Virus record (IMG/VR): IMGVR_UViG_3300002301_000052
Location: 1 to 27,272 of that record
Reading direction: 5' to 3' (one strand)
Length of the DNA: 27,272 bases
From: a virus
Lineage: Duplodnaviria > Caudoviricetes
In this document: positions 25,467-27,272 of the stretch, piece by piece
How positions within the stretch are numbered: position 1 is the stretch's first letter
Layout of the letters: every line of letters begins with the position of its first letter
The notes under the pieces: model-generated
Database searches by the model: none
Told to the model about the DNA's origin: nothing
What the model saw: the letters and a program-made list of their open reading frames with translations, nothing else
Made by a program: the position numbers and the translations under genes

Positions 25467-26513
25467 ATGGCATTATTTAATATTAACCCAACACAGTATT
25501 ATAGCAGAACACCAACAACGAATCAGGTGGCGTCTACTTCGTCTTTAAGTAGAAACCAATTGATTAATCCTGGATATGGTAACCCTAACAATATTGCCGC
25601 ATATGCTGGCTACAACGGTAAACAAAGTGCTTATACATTACCTGGCACTTCTGGTTATAGATTGCCAGCACAGAACTATTACAATTATGGGGTAAACAAT
25701 CCATCTAATTTTGGAACTCAAACTTTAAAAACAAGTTTGGTTAATACTGCTGTTAATAGTGCTCTACAAGGATTAGTTTATGGATTAACTGGTGGTCCAT
25801 CAAATGATCCTACAAATGGAAGATTAAGCGGAACTGGCGTAGCACAAGGTGCCACAAGTCAAGATTTACTTCAGGCACAAAACAATAATAGCAATGTAGC
25901 TTTCCAAGATGATACTGAGGATCGTGTTATTATCAGTGATCAAACAGGTCGTTTTATCGGGCAAAGTAACATATTCAAGCCACTAAATGATACTGGCGGC
26001 GTTTTATTTCCATATACGCCAGTTATTCAGGTTGCTCACAAGGCTAGCTATGATATGATGAACCTTGTTCATACAAATTATACAACGCCAGCTTATCAAC
26101 ATAGTTCTGTTGATAGTATATCAATTCAAGCATTGTTTACAGCAAATTATCCAGCAGAAGCTGAATATGTAGTAGCAATGTTACACTTCTTTAGAACTGT
26201 TACTAAAATGTTTTATGGGCAAGATCAGTTAGCTGGTACTCCTCCGCCAGTTTTATTCTTGGATGGTTATGGACCATATACATTTGACCATATTCCTATT
26301 GTTATTACTTCTTTTGATTATTCATTGCCTAACGATGTTGATTATATTAGTTGTACAGTTGATGGCGATAAGCAAAAGGTGCCAACCACCTTGAATGTTA
26401 ATATTAGTGCTATGCCAACATACAGCCGCAACAAGATTAGTAATCAATTTGGATTGGTTAAATTCTCACAAGGATCGCTATTATCTAACGGAACATCAGG
26501 AGGATGGTTATAA
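25467..26513 (+). CDS. Baseplate tail-tube initiator/cap protein (gp48/gp54-like)
   Basis: GVLFPYTP, HFFRTVTKMFYG, GTPPPVLFLDGYG, PIVITSFDYSLPNDVDY (tube-fold motifs); directly upstream of a gp53-like gene. Confidence 0.7.
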   Translation: MALFNINPTQYYSRTPTTNQVASTSSLSRNQLINPGYGNPNNIAAYAGYNGKQSAYTLPGTSGYRLPAQNYYNYGVNNPSNFGTQTLKTSLVNTAVNSALQGLVYGLTGGPSNDPTNGRLSGTGVAQGATSQDLLQAQNNNSNVAFQDDTEDRVIISDQTGRFIGQSNIFKPLNDTGGVLFPYTPVIQVAHKASYDMMNLVHTNYTTPAYQHSSVDSISIQALFTANYPAEAEYVVAMLHFFRTVTKMFYGQDQLAGTPPPVLFLDGYGPYTFDHIPIVITSFDYSLPNDVDYISCTVDGDKQKVPTTLNVNISAMPTYSRNKISNQFGLVKFSQGSLLSNGTSGGWL

Positions 26514-26830
26514 TGGCTTTTAATCCTCCAAGTTATTCAACCGCAAGTTCATATTATAGTACTCAAAGTTTTGACAATGGTCAATTCTTAGATTTGTGGA
26601 ATGCTCGTGCTATTCCAAAACTAGCATCTGATATTTTATTCACTATACCTCCACAATATGAATATCGTCCAGACTTACTAGCATTTGACTTATATGGTAA
26701 TCCAACTCTTTGGTGGGTATTTGCGGTTCGCAATCCAAATACTCTTATTGATCCGCTATGGGATTTCACTGCCAACACAACCATATATTTGCCACAAAAA
26801 AGTACTCTACAAAATTCATTAGGTACATAA
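26513..26830 (+). CDS. gp53: Baseplate wedge protein, T4 gp53-like (LysM-like)
   Basis: YEYRPDLLAFDLYGNPTLWWVFAVRN..IYLP; ATG 26513 overlaps the upstream stop, SD GGAGG. Confidence 0.85.
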   Translation: MAFNPPSYSTASSYYSTQSFDNGQFLDLWNARAIPKLASDILFTIPPQYEYRPDLLAFDLYGNPTLWWVFAVRNPNTLIDPLWDFTANTTIYLPQKSTLQNSLGT

Positions 26831-27272
26831 ATGCCAACAAATTTGACACCGCAAGAACAATTAACTGCTGCCCAAAATCAGTTTAACAACTGGCTTAACC
26901 AACAGCAAGCAAGTGGCAATACTATTACGCTAAGTGATGTTAATTCACAAAAAGCCGCAATCTTAAACAGTGGCGCTTATCCCGATCTTAATGTTGGTAG
27001 ACTTAATACTGGTGGACAAAGCAGCGAAGGTTTAATGGTTAATATATCACCAGATAGTTTCTTTATTAATGGAAATGGTGGATATACTGAAGATAATAGT
27101 AATGGATATAGTGGAACTCCACTATTGAGCAATAATGGTTTAGTAGTTACTGCTGATAATGCAGAACAAGTTGCAGCAGCGCAACAAGCAGCAGCCGCAG
27201 CACAGCAAGCAGCATCACAGGCTGCATCTGCACAAAGTGCACAACAAGCAAGCGATGCTCAATCTGCGCTTG
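26831..27272 (+). CDS. Partial virion protein (possibly baseplate hub), truncated by the window end
   Basis: ATG immediately after the gp53-like stop; open to the window end: MPTNLTPQEQLTAAQNQFNNWL...AAAQQAAAAAQQAASQ. Function is inferred from position only. Confidence 0.6.
   Translation, partial: MPTNLTPQEQLTAAQNQFNNWLNQQQASGNTITLSDVNSQKAAILNSGAYPDLNVGRLNTGGQSSEGLMVNISPDSFFINGNGGYTEDNSNGYSGTPLLSNNGLVVTADNAEQVAAAQQAAAAAQQAASQAASAQSAQQASDAQSAL

Noticed and set aside
16054-26784. Short antisense or alternative-frame ORFs within the ABC cassette, gp46, gp47, gp55 and gp53-like genes, including 18753..19085
   Set aside because: Shadow ORFs without independent evidence.
27165-27272. GCA/CAA-rich quasi-repeat at the window end
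   Set aside because: It simply encodes an Ala/Gln-rich stretch of the truncated last gene.

Overview
A 27 kb segment of a large T4-like (myovirus-type) phage genome. From left to right it carries a truncated >1,430-aa Asn-rich tail fibre gene (minus strand, missed by the ORF track) and a 53-aa DUF1127 small protein (also missed). Next is the head module in T4 order (portal gp20, two core proteins, protease gp21, scaffold gp22, major capsid gp23), then a probable tape measure gene divergent from a gp26/gp51-like pair linked by a candidate -1 frameshift. An ORF-free, strongly structured ~420-nt element follows, then an accessory cassette: a NitT/TauT-type ABC importer, a 2OG-Fe(II) oxygenase-like gene and a PP-loop gene behind a riboswitch-like leader, plus a divergent PLP enzyme. 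The right end holds a Holliday junction resolvase, gp46/gp47, the gp55 late sigma factor and baseplate genes. The most notable observations are the putative novel riboswitch with its phage ABC operon, the candidate large ncRNA, the gp26-gp51 slippery site, sigma70 promoters positioned for leaderless mRNAs, and matched duplications in both gp46 coiled-coil arms. All calls come from reading motifs by eye; no searches were run.
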